Positions 25,101-37,233 of a DNA stretch of 64,000 bases are shown here, piece after piece. Source of the stretch: Balanoglossus misakiensis (lineage: Eukaryota; Animalia; Hemichordata). A model generated the notes under the pieces. That model saw only the letters and a program-made list of their open reading frames with translations, had not been told where the DNA came from and did no database searches. How positions within the stretch are numbered: the first letter of the stretch is position 1; every line of letters starts with the position of its first letter. Location: assembly GCA_040954595.2 (NCBI GenBank), contig CM082583.2:9871656-9935655 (forward strand), in the 5' to 3' direction. The translations under genes were made by a program, and so were the position numbers.

Positions 25101-28100
25101 TGGGCTGATAAATTCAAATAGATTCACATCCTCTGTTACTTTGTCTGTTTTTGATGAATTTGGATTGAAAAGGAAGGAAGGAAGTGAGAAAAGTTTAAAA
25201 CTTTAATTGCCAGGAAGTTTTGAAAGTAAATGCTGTTACAAGTTCAAGGGGAAGTAACAGATATTGATGAAAAAAGATTTGATCTCTCATTTCTTCCGAA
25301 AATTCATATACTCTCAACAGCATCTCTGAAATTTGAAGTAGAGCAAAGAAACCGTTACAAAACAAGGTTGCCTGTTTAAACTAAGTAGGTAAATGTCGAT
25401 CAGTCATATTTAAACAATTAAGGATTGTTAAGCATCCACCAAGGAGGCGGTCCAGCCACCAGGTCTTTCATCCAAAGTTCCAAGATCCTTTTCTTTCAGT
25501 TCAGCCGTAATCAGATTGGTATGGTCTTTATTATGCAAATCACATGCAAAACATAATCTTTTGGCATATATCCTTGGCTACTCATTGAAATTCTTGTTAT
25601 GAACCAGCCAGACATGAGTCATACATTGTAGGTCTGGCTGAAGATTTGTTCAAACAGTCCACTCCAAACTAGATTATCTCATTGCTATGCAAATTTAAAA
25701 TTCCTTGCAACTGATGCTTATACCTTGTCTGGTTAGGAATTTATATATACAATGCATGATGTAGAAAGTATAGCCCTTGTGGTCATTTGCTATTTGCCTA
25801 CTGCTGGTTATATTCACTCAGTTCTGTTGATAGAGATGATGGCGAATTGCCTTGTGAATAATAAAAATTATATTTCTGTACGAGATATCAATCATATGGA
25901 AGTGGGTGTACATTATGGCATTAACCCAAATACTACTGTCAGCTGGCAAAATAGGCTAATGCATTTCCCCATCACTGCTGTTTGATGTTCAATGGATTAC
26001 CAATAACGGATTGATTTCAGATAAATTTGACACACTTTCCTCAAATGTCATGTGGCGAAATATTGCAATTCCGTTTTGTGGAAGTGATGCTGCCGGCCAG
26101 CCATCGTGGTCTGGCTGTACGTAGCAGATATGGCCACAGGAAAGCTTTTTGTATGCAGAAGTACACTATATCAGGAGATGATGTCTGCATTTCAAATCAC
26201 CTCACGTTCTTGAGTGTAGTGCTGGGCGTGTGTGTGAGCGAGTGAACTATGCGCGTTCATTCATAGTATAAATCAAGCTGCCTTGTAAGTTCTCAGCTCA
26301 TGCCTGAGTCAGTCTGATGTATATCCCCCTATATTACAGAAAACTCTTTGTTCGTAGCAGTTAAGTGTAAACAAGGGTCTTGTAGCAGTTTCTGTTGAAT
26401 TTCAGACAGTCTGTTCATTAATTCAGAGCACGGTGTGGAGTGACTGTGTTCAGAGCCTCTTTCGCTTAGAGAATATTTCGTAATAATAATTATTGTGATA
26501 ATTTTATCATAGGCTTCAAGGCTTGGGATGTCAGTAGTGATGATTGCAATATCGATGAACAGTTGAGGACGCTAAGCAAAGCCAGTGTTGAAGAAGATGG
26601 CCTCGGTAAGCATTCTTAAAAAAAGTGTCATATTCATCAAGAGAACTTATTTCCATTGAATACATTATGTCTCGAGTTGTTATTTCCACAGATGTATTTT
26701 TTGTTCATTTTATGTAGCTGTCATTTTCTGTGAAAATTACGGCTGCAAAACAGTTTTTGACTTTCATTTCCTTGTTGTTTTAAAGTTACAGAAAATAGGA
26801 AGAGACTGATACTGATGAATTTGATTTTTCTGACTCTACTTCCAATCAGGTTGCAAGAGCTTATTCCACACCAGTGATAACTTTGGCGCCGTAGTCCTGA
26901 TCAAACCCACCACTCAAGCAGTGCGAAATGAGGTCGGAAGTCTACTCAGTCACTCAGCAACACACAAGCACCTACTCTTCGGTGGTCACAGTCTGGAAGG
27001 TGGCGGAGATTGGGTCTTCCAAGATGACACCTTTACCTTACATGATGTTGGTGATATCTTCAAGTCGTCAGAAGTACAAGCTGTCCTCGGCTCTGGCGGA
27101 AAGGGCACCCTCACCCTCTCTGGGTGCAACTGGAGTGTGTTGAGTTTAGATAAGCTAGGGTTCTTGAAGCACTACAATATTTCAATAAATCCTTTGGATG
27201 TTAAGAATGATGTGAATGGTATAGGAGAATTTATCACATTTCTTGCTGAAAATATCGAGATTCCCTCTCCTTTCGATCTTCTCGAGCCTCCCACCATGGG
27301 AGTTGGTGTCAAGTGTAAAATCACCAAACCAACCGTGTTGGTTTTCCCTGCTGCCAAAGGGGACTGTGCTTTCTTTGCTGTCAATGATTTCAGCATGTTT
27401 GTTGGAGGTGGTTACGAAAACAAATCCTGTTTCTGGAAGTTTGCAAAGCACTTGCATCGGATCGATGCCCTGTTACTGCCCCACCTGCATCCCGACTCAG
27501 TCTTTGGTATCAGTAGTTTACTTCGGCGTAAAATAGCTGAGAAACAGCTGGAGGAGCCAGAGAAGGGCTCCGATGAGTACGAGGAATGGCAACAGAAAGC
27601 TAACTCCCCGGAAGTTGGTGTGGTCTATTTGAATGCGCCCGAAGGTCTTAAAAGCATCGAGTCCCTAACTGTGAAGTACTCTACCTTGGGCTCCCACACC
27701 ATGAAACTCTTCAGAGAGTTAGAGATAACACCCAACCAGTGTTACCAGGCCAATCCTCGCACCATGGAGCCCATCACTTTGTATCAGAAAGTAGGCATAG
27801 GTAAACTTGATATGTATATTTTAAGCCCAGTTAAAGACAGCAAAGAATTGAAAGATTTTATGTCCCAATTTCAGAGTGGGAAAAAGTTTTCATCCGCCAA
27901 AACAGGAGTCAAACCGAATGGCAAAGAGTTTGAGTTATCACTTCCCAATATAGTTTCAATATGTGCTTTGGTTGTGTGGCAACCGTACAATCCAGCAGAG
28001 CCCACAGTAAGAGTGTTGTTCCCAGGAAATGCGCCACAGAATCGTATTTTCGAAGGTCTTGACAAGTGCAAGAACCTACCATTCCTTCAGAAGTTTGAGA

Positions 28101-31100
28101 CTGTTCAAAAGCCACCGAAGAGTGCAGTGAAGAAAGGTGCAAAAGCAAAGTCAAACGGACCAAGTGATCCAAAGCTGAAGAAGTTGAAGAAAGAGCTCGG
28201 GGATAGTGCATCATCATCTGAAGTGAACTCAAGTGCCTCAGGTGAACAGACTGCTTGTACTGATGGTGTACATTGCAACACACCCCCTCCGGAGCTGGCA
28301 GATGGCCCCTGCACAGACGGTATCCACTGCAACACGCCACCACCAGAACTGGCAGATGGCCCCTGCACAGACGGTATCCACTGCAACACGCCACCACCAG
28401 AACTGGCAGATGGCCCCTGCACAGACGGTATCCACTGCAACACGCCACCACCAGAACTGGCAGATGGCCCCTGCACAGACGGTATCCACTGCAACACGCC
28501 ACCACCAGAACTGGCAGATGGCCCCTGCACAGACGGTATCCACTGCAACACGCCACCACCAGAACTGGCAGATGGCCCCTGCACAGACGGTATCCACTGC
28601 AACACGCCACCACCAGAACTGGCAGATGGCCCCTGCACAGACGGTATCCACTGCAACACGCCACCACCAGAACTGGCAGATGGCCCCTGCACAGACGGTA
28701 TCCACTGCAACACGCCACCACCAGAACTGGCAGATGGCCCCTGCACAGACGGTATCCACTGCAACACGCCACCACCAGAACTGGCAGATGGCCCCTGCAC
28801 AGACGGTATCCACTGCAACACGCCACCACCAGAACTGGCAGATGGCCCCTGCACAGACGGTATCCACTGCAACACGCCACCACCAGAACTGGCAGATGGC
28901 CCCTGCACAGACGGTATCCACTGCAACACGCCACCACCAGAACTGGCAGATGGCCCCTGCACAGACGGTATCCACTGCAACACACCACCACCAGAACTGG
29001 CAGATGGACCGTGTGATGATGGCATTCACTGCAACACACCACCACCTGATGGAGATGAATACAGTGAAGGTAATGACTATGACAGCCCACCACCAGAAGA
29101 ATACGAGAATGGGTGTTCGGACGGGGTCCACTGTAACACACCTCCTCCAGAGGATGAAGTTGGTGAAGGTGAAGCTGCTGGCAATCATGATGATGCACCA
29201 CCTTCTGAAAGTGTTCAAGAATATCACCATCAAGAGGCATGTTATTCATCTGGTGTTCCCTCAGCAGATAAAGAAGAGCCTCCCCACGATCCGTTTGATC
29301 CTTTCAGTGTACCATCTGGACAGTATGCTGGAAACGATGACTTTGCACAGCCGGACTTCAGCGCTGAACCGAATCAAGACTCGCAACCCAAGGAGATGTT
29401 CCCAGAGTCTGATGAGCACCCGGATGGTTTCCATGGGGACATCACACCATCCGACGACATCGACATGTTCGACAAAGAACTCTCCAGTCCCACAGATGCC
29501 CCCATCCCAGTTGAGGACTCTGAGCAACTGCCGTCAGATGCAACATACGAGGCCTCCGTGGAAACTGCTGCATTTGCAAGCACCGAGCAAAGCACAGTAG
29601 AAGAAGTAGAAGTTGCTGAAGAGCCAAGTGATAGTCAAGAAGAGCAAATGCAAGAGAGTCCATTTGATGCGGCCTATGAAGAGGAACCGGTGCAAGAAGA
29701 AAAACCAGATGAGCAGTTTTACTCCGGAGTTAAAGAAGATGAGGAGCCTATGGAGAAAATGCCACAGGAAGCGACTTTTGAAGATGAACCCTCAGAAGAA
29801 ATTCCACCTGAAAAACTTTATGGAGATCAGCCTGCTGAAGAGGTTCCGGCTGAGGCAACTTTCGGAGATGAACCAGTTGAAGAAGCACCACCTCAGATAA
29901 CTTTTGGGGATGAACCAGTCCAAGAAGTTCCACCTGAGGCAACTTTTGAAGAGGAAGAAGCAAGAGAAATCTCACCAGAAGAAGCGAGTGGAGAAGAGCA
30001 GAAGGAAGACATTCAGGCAGAAGAACAGACACACCAAATACAACCTGAAGCCACTGAGCCAGATGTACCGGTAGAGCCACCTGAAGTAGTCACTGTTGAT
30101 GAACCCATGGAAGAAATCCCCCCTGAAGCAACTTTTGACGATGAACCTGTTCAAGAGATGCCACCTGTAGTGATGGATGAAACCCCAGAACAGGCTCCAC
30201 AAGAAGCAGTTGTCGATGATAAACCAACAGACCAACAGGAAGACGAAGCTGAAGCACAAGAAGAGATTGCAGCTGAAGCTACCTTTGAAGGCGACCATTC
30301 TGAGGAAATCCAAGTTGTTGAAGAGGATACACAACCAGAGGAAATTCCAGCAGAAGCCTCGTTCGGAGATGAACCCGAAGTAATTTCAGCGCCGGCAGAA
30401 ATTCCTCCTGACGTTACTTTTGAAGAAACTCCACCTGAAGCAACATTTGACAGCGAGCCCATTGACGAGGTTCCACCTGCAGTTGAACCACCTGCGGAGC
30501 CTGTGGAAGAGGCTGAACCCAAAGATGAATCGCCAGAAGAAATCCCAGCAGAAGCTGTGTTCGATGACCAACCAAAAGAAGAAGTTGAAGGCACAGAGAA
30601 AGAAGAAGCCCCAAGAGAGGTTCCATTTGAAGCTGCCTTTGTAGAAGAACCTGTAGCTGATGCACCGACAGAAGCCACATTTACAGATCAGCCAGAGGAA
30701 GATGTTCTCATTGACTTCACTCAGAGTGAGCAGACAGAAGCAGTTTCAACTGATGTAGCTGTCGATGAACCAGAAGATGAGATGCTGCCTACTCCAACTG
30801 AACAGGAACCCAAAGAAGAGGCCCCATCTGAACTGATCAGCTTCGAAACAGAAACTGAACCGGAACAAGAGGCCAGCGGAGGACTCCTTGATGCGCCTAT
30901 TGATGAAGCGACAACTGTAACACAGGATGTCACTGAGACTGTCATTGAATCAGTGTCTGTAACTGAGGTAACAGAGGAGGTTGTGGAAACTCCAGCTGAA
31001 GATGAGGCAAAAGATGAACCCATTCTGATGGAGCCGGAAGGTATGATGGTCCAAGACGATTCAAGCCCAGAATTTCCTCCACGGGACGAGCAGAGCTTCT

Positions 31101-32368
31101 CTGTGGATTCACTAACAGCTGTGGGTCATGACAAGGAAGAAGTGCCTCCAGAGACTCCAGAAGAAGTGCCCCAAGATCTGCCGCCAATGCCGGATGAAAT
31201 TAAAGCTAAAACAGAAGAGATCAACATAAGCATCAAAGGAGAAGTTCCCGAAAGCATGGAAGCCGAGATGCCAACACCGGAGGTGGTGGTCACAGAAACG
31301 GTTGTTAGCGCTTCAGTAGAAGTCGAGAGTGAAGCAGTGAAAGAAGAGGCACCACCTGCTCCCGTTGTTGAAGCTGAACCAGTTGTACCACCTGCTGCCG
31401 AACCTGTACCTGTACCCGTGCCAGCGCCAGTTGTGCCAGCGCCCGTTGTCAAGGAAACAACCAAGAAGAAAACAACCACAGTCAAGACTTCAAAGACGAC
31501 TAAACATGTAAAGGCATCTGAGAAGAGGTCTCCTTCACCAATGAAGAGATCCACCAAAGCAGAGGAGAAAGCGGGTCCTAAAGCAGGAAAGGTGGATGCT
31601 ACTAAGAAGACATCTGCCAAGACTCCCACTCCAAAGGAAAGGAAAGCAACGAGCAAAGAGAGGAAACCAGCATCAGCTCCGCCAAAGACCGAGCAGAAAC
31701 CGAAGAATGGGGCTGTCAAGAAGACACTGAATGGAAGTTTGAGAAAGGCAGGTGATAAGAAGGATGATTCAAAGAAGCAAAAGAAGGCACCGGAGACCAG
31801 ACCGGTATCAACACCAAGGGAACCTGCTAAGAAACCGGCCTCCAAGAGACCCGTGTCTGCTCCGTCATCTAGGAAAACCGATTCAAGTGAAAAGAAACCA
31901 GCCAACGGCAAACGACCAGTGTCCGGTACTGGTCCCAGGAATGGTGGTGGACCAAAAGCAGGTGGCAAGTCCTCAACTGGCGGCTCAGCTAAGTCTGTTC
32001 CTGTGAGTGGGCCTCCCGCATACGTCGACCTGGTGTACGTTCCCAACCACGCCAGCAAAGAGAACACAAACTCCGAATTCTTCAGACGCATACGCGCAAA
32101 GTACTACGTGGTCAGTGCTAACGACAAGGGGCGCCACCAGCCGCACATGGGAGTCCTGGATGCTCTGCTTGACGGCAAGAAGAAGTGGGAGGAAACAGAA
32201 CAAGATGTGATCGTCATACCAACATACGCGACCACAACTCTGCGAGAGTGGCAAATCAAAAACCGCAACGAGTTGCTGGAGAATCATGTAATGGTCTCCC
32301 AGCCTGCCAGCGAAAGTGTTGTACAAATGAAAGATGAAAGCTTCCATATGTATAAAGTGGAATTTTAA
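22197..32368 (+). CDS. MAP1: MAP1/futsch-family microtubule-associated protein, 1919 aa, 3 coding exons
   Basis: Exons 22197-22344, 26513-26605 and 26850-32368 join in phase. N-terminal domain: YVVVLVGEPI...GFKAWDV...CNIDEQL, PSPFDLLEPP, GDCAFFAVNDF, LYQKVGIGKLDMY, VRVLFPGNAPQ. C-terminal light-chain domain: YVDLVYVPNH...EFFRRIRAKYYVVS...VLDALLDGK...YKVEF*. Confidence 0.93.
28256..29155 (+). repeat. Coding 54-bp tandem repeat (CTDGIHCNTPPPELADGP) x14 plus 3 degenerate units
   Basis: Unit TGCACAGACGGTATCCACTGCAACACGCCACCACCAGAACTGGCAGATGGCCCC. Unit 1 starts at 28256 and unit 15 at 29012; units 2-13 appear identical. Confidence 0.97.
29750..30700 (+). repeat. Degenerate ~14-aa acidic repeat (EEIPPEATFxDEP) in the MAP1 linker
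   Basis: MEKMPQEATFEDEP / SEEIPPEKLYGDQP / AEEVPAEATFGDEP / VEEAPPQITFGDEP / VQEVPPEATFEEEE, with further dispersed copies. Confidence 0.8.
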
Positions 32369-35300
32369 GTGATTTCATTGGTGGTGGTTCTTGCACTTAA
32401 AAATTGTACGGTGGCCACTTTATAAGCTTTAATACGAGAAACCATGCTGCCTAGCTGCAAATTGTTTTGGTCTGAATCACACTTGTCAATTTGTAGATGG
32501 TTTTTATTGATTTACAACACTTCATAAGCAGACGCAAGTACCTTCTTAATAGTGATTTCTATGATTTGAGATTTATGAAAACCAGCAAGGTGCTATGCTT
32601 GTAACAAATTATGTATTCCATTGGTGCTTAGATGCAGTAGGCATTATGTACCAGTCTTTGCAGTGAGCACTTTGAAGAGATGTACCTGTATTTACTGTTT
32701 TTCCCCCAAGCTTGAGTTTTTTTTTGCATCAGCAGAACTTTTGTTTCTTTCTTATACATGAGAAAATTGTCTTTTAAAAAAAGTCCACCATTTGTATATT
32801 TGATGTATTGTTTTTCCAAAGTGAAAAAAAAAGAAAAAAAAAACACTTGCAGTTTTATTCAGTATTACTGCTCAGATAGATATTAGACACCCAGAAATTG
32901 TTTCAGAATCAGAAATTTTGGATTCTGAAGTTATTTGTTTTGGCAAGCCATTTCAGTACATTATTAGTCTACTTATTGTCAGAACTGTAACAATGAACCC
33001 ACCTCCAACAAACAAGCAAACCAAAAGAAATGGTGTTGATTTTTTTGAATTATGGGTAATTATACTAATGAAGCCCTTTCAGATTTGCTTCATTGATTGA
33101 TGTAGTAATTGCAAAACAATTGCAAGTTCTGTTTAATGGTTGAGCAAGTTTTCTGAACAGGAAATATAGGGTCTTTGCTTCGCTACTTACAATTAATCAT
33201 GCAGTTTTTGCTTCATTCCAGGGCATATTTTATTCAGTGAAAGATTGGGGCTCAGTGACTTGAGGTCTAGATGACCTTGACATTTCTATTTGAAATAATC
33301 AATCCTAAGCATTTGTATTTTGAGATGCTACTTTACGGGAAAAAGTGAAAGAATTTGTAAATTGCTGCCAATGATAAAGATTTTAAAATGGCCATTGAAA
33401 ACAGCATGGTGTGTTTTGCCAGCCAATCACAGTAGAGTGTTTTTCGAAATAACCAATCACAGAATTGTGGTTGTAAGAGTACAATACAGCATTTCCTTTT
33501 GGATCTTTTGTATGCTTCTAGAAACTTCAACAAACTGTATTGATAGCAACATGGTGAAATTTTGAAAACTTGCTCAACAGGTTACTATATTGGCTATTTA
33601 CATGTAAAATTTCATTCTGTCTTGGTTTTTGTTTAGCATATTTTTCTATTTTTGTAACGTTTGTCTTGCTCAAGACAGCAAGTGTGCTTGCCAAAGTTTT
33701 TTTATTGTTTTTCCAGTTTTTGGATCAGTCCTCTGTTTACATATTTTGTTCATGTTTTATCAAAGGCGACGTGTCTTCAATGTGCAAATGCTACAGAATT
33801 TAAGAATTATTTTAGGAGTACATGCATAGAAGTAATTCTAACTTTAAAATTAGAGTCAAATTAGGCAAGTCCTGCAAACATAATAATGATTAACAGGCTT
33901 GAATTTATGCCGTAAAGGTTTGCTACCACCACGGTGCAAATCAACTAAAATCGATGAAAAAGAAACGAGTTGAAATCTGGCTGCAGTGATATCTGTCATG
34001 TACTGATTCACACAGCTGCATTGTGTGTGATCCTGGGAATAATATAACATAATGCAATACATTTGTGTAGCCAGCACTTGACATTGAAATTGAATTTCAT
34101 ATAATAGATTGCATGTTTTGATCAGAGGTGAGGTAGTTTTATTGTGTGTGAAGTCTCTCAATCTAGAATTAATAGAAGTGACAAATTGCACACAGTATCT
34201 GTCAAAAGAATTCTAACCAAGCTACCTTACCTGTATCTGTACGCACACCACACTCACAGCAAAGGAAATTAACAGTGGTTTGCATAAATTCTTTTCCACG
34301 AAGGTGTGTGTGTCGGTTTTGAAACCAGTCAAGATGTTGCACCACTCTGATTTGATTACTGATTTTTGCTGCAGTACACCCAACTATAGTGCAATGACAT
34401 AGCTATTTATCAGTGACATAGTTTATTTATAGCCAATAGTCTATTTATAGCAAAATGTGTAAACTTTATCTTTTTAATTTTTTTTTGCCAAATAGATTGT
34501 AATGGTAGTAATCACAGATTATTAGACAGCTTTATCTTTTGATTGTAGCAGTGCTTTTGCTAGCAGAACTTTTAAGAAATAATTCATTGAATTTACTAAA
34601 TCTGTAATTTGAATGCAAATCATGGATGGTTCAAATGAGCAAAAGTTTTGAAATGATTGACAGAGATGTAATTTGGTACTGCATGGACTGGTTACCACTT
34701 TGTTTTGTTAACTTTTATGAACTGGCCATGAACAGTACTATCAGTGTTGGTTGAAATGGCTACATAGATGAGAAATAATGACCGAAACGCAACGAAAACC
34801 ACCTGTCGCTTTGACAGCGTTGGCACTCGTATGGCACTTTAACCCTCTCACTCCCATTTCCCATTGTAACGGTCCAACTTTACCATAGAAAACAACAGAT
34901 TTGGACCGAACCATGGTGGTGAAAGGGTTAAAACAATGAATGGCAAATCTGATGGGGGTAAAAAATTCATCTGAGGATTTTCCAATTTGATGAGTTGTAG
35001 TGTACTGCACTGTAACACCATGTAGAGTGAACTCACAGCATTAACCATGTAGTCATTCACTGTTTTGCGAGAATATTTTCTGCCGACTGTCTTTGTCAGT
35101 ACGTAAACCAGTAAAGCAAAAGAGAAAAAATAAATACACACAAAAAAAGCCTGCCATTCCTGCAGCAAATAATTTACAGCTCTTTGTATTGAGAAATATT
35201 TTCTGATCATTGACAACGATTGCTGTTATCTGTCTGTAGTTATAGTGTTTAGACGTGGACTTTTGTGCAGTTTCTGTTCTGATGTAACTTCTTTGGTATA

Positions 35301-36010
35301 TTTGCTTTCAGCTAAGAGCAGTATAATGACAACTGCAGCTATACCATAGCTTTCGTAAATGAGTGTCCCAAAATTGGAAAAAAAATTGGGGTTACTTTCT
35401 CACTAAGGGAAAGATGATTTCAAAGTTGAAAAATTTACACTTGGATAAAGAAATAGTGATTTCATGTTTTTATGTGGTCGATAAATGAAGTTAACTGGAA
35501 AAAAATTGACATTACTACTGTATATTTTATGTGTCGGGGTGTGATGGACATCTGTACGTTGTCTTAATGTTGCCTGTTACTAGCTGATAACAATGGATGA
35601 AGTCGGAAAGATTTTATTACATGCCTCAAAATTTCACCCCCAAATTGTATTCAGGCCAAGCATCTTTGGCACTATTTGCCAGCACAAATTTCATTGTTAA
35701 AGGTTTTGGCATGGCATGTAATAATATCAAAGGATGGGACCACAAGAAAAACTAAACAACTCCTGCGAGAGTCCTATGTTAATATCAGACATAGGGGTGA
35801 TGCAGCCATTAGGGAGCCTACAGAACCTATCACAGCCCATCTGCCGAAATGGGATCTCATGCTTTCCCATCCATTGACAATCACATTGATGTGTATTTTT
35901 ACTTCACTGTCCTTTCTCTCTCTCTCTCTCTCTGTTGTACTTGTAATACTTAGCCAAACATGTTTGTTGTCATTGTTCAAACTGCCATGCTCTATATGCG
36001 GACAATAAAT
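32369..36010 (+). other. Probable long (~3.6 kb) 3' UTR of the MAP1-like gene
   Basis: U-rich non-coding tract ending at AATAAA (~36004) followed by GT-rich sequence, convergent with the FAM184-like 3' end. Confidence 0.45.
34843..34927 (-). mobile_element. piggyBac-like MITE (85 bp) with TTAA flanks
   Basis: TTAA(34839-42)-CCCTCTCACTCCCAT...ATGGTGGTGAAAGGG-TTAA(34928-31); CCC/GGG termini and imperfect TIRs. Confidence 0.75.
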
Positions 36011-37233
36011 ACATGATGTTACGAAAATATGTATGTGGAGAAGTTTTCTGTTGTGTGTTCAGAGTGTCAGTGTTTTTACCCACAATGCAGTTATGTGATT
36101 TGACCCCCTAGCATGAAGTAAAAACTATTTGGATACACGTACATGTAATAAGTGAACTGTGGCATTCTCATGCAACACATACGATAAACATGCAAAAAAA
36201 AAAAATATATTCACCAGAAGTTTTTATTTACCGGTACATATTAAAGCACATACAAATATAAAGCTCTGTACTGTATCTCAAATCTTATTCATTAAATCAT
36301 TTCATTATTAGTATTATTATTATTATTAAACTGCTACAGAAAAGGTAGGCTTTGGAAGCTCAAATCGAAGGCAATTTTAAAATACATTTTAGAATGAAGC
36401 AACAATGATATCAGTCTGGTTAGTTGAAAACCTTGAAATTTCCAACATGATTTTAACATTGCAGTGCACAGTACAAAAAACCAGTCTTGCTGCCTCCTGC
36501 TTTTAATCATTAATTTTTTCCACATATTTTTGATTCACGGAGGTAAATCCAGTATTCCTGTAAAATTGCAAACGCAAACTACAGCTTTGATACTTGATCA
36601 TGTCCCAGTTAAGGCCGTGACTCATTGCTGTCACATTCATTTAACCTTAACCTGTGTTATTAAGCCTCAAAATGAACTGAAACACAAAATATACTAGTTA
36701 CACACAACATGCATTACAGTTGTTTTTCAGGAAAGATACATATGTCAATACTTTGAGATTGATATGTACACACGGTTAGAAATTACATGTGGCTGACATC
36801 AATTTCTAATTCCTCGACGGTAAACATCAGAAAATCTACTTTTGATTTTGAATTGCTGTACACAGTGCACCAACCCACACTGGCTTAAATAATAGCTACA
36901 TTGCTCCACATTGTACATTGACAACAGACACATTTTAATCACAAAATCCTATTTCGTGTTAGAGCACTGCAGTGTAGATCTTAGTGTAATATTTCTTGGT
37001 TTGAATAGGCTTGTTGATTAATAAAACATTGTAATCCGTCTGACCACTCCATCAAGGTCTTGTATTACATTGTCGCAATAGGTATGCGGTGATTTTTATT
37101 CTGTTCCAGTCTACACAGAGTTCAAATGGATAGGAAGCCATTTTTGTGTTGTTACATATACCAATTATTTTTCATTTGCAAGCATGCATCTATCTGGAGT
37201 TGGTGCAAAAAGGATACTTGTACTTTGCATTTA

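Noticed and set aside
28256-29011. CRISPR-like array
   Set aside because: Head-to-tail repeats with no unique spacers, inside a eukaryotic coding exon.
27909-29600. Long ORFs in all five alternative frames over the MAP1 repeat
   Set aside because: The 54-bp unit happens to lack stops in every frame; divergence in flanking units preserves the MAP1-frame motif.
29261-32347. Antisense ORFs (e.g. 31126-32091, 30151-30678)
   Set aside because: Shadows of the Glu/Pro/Lys-rich sense codon usage.
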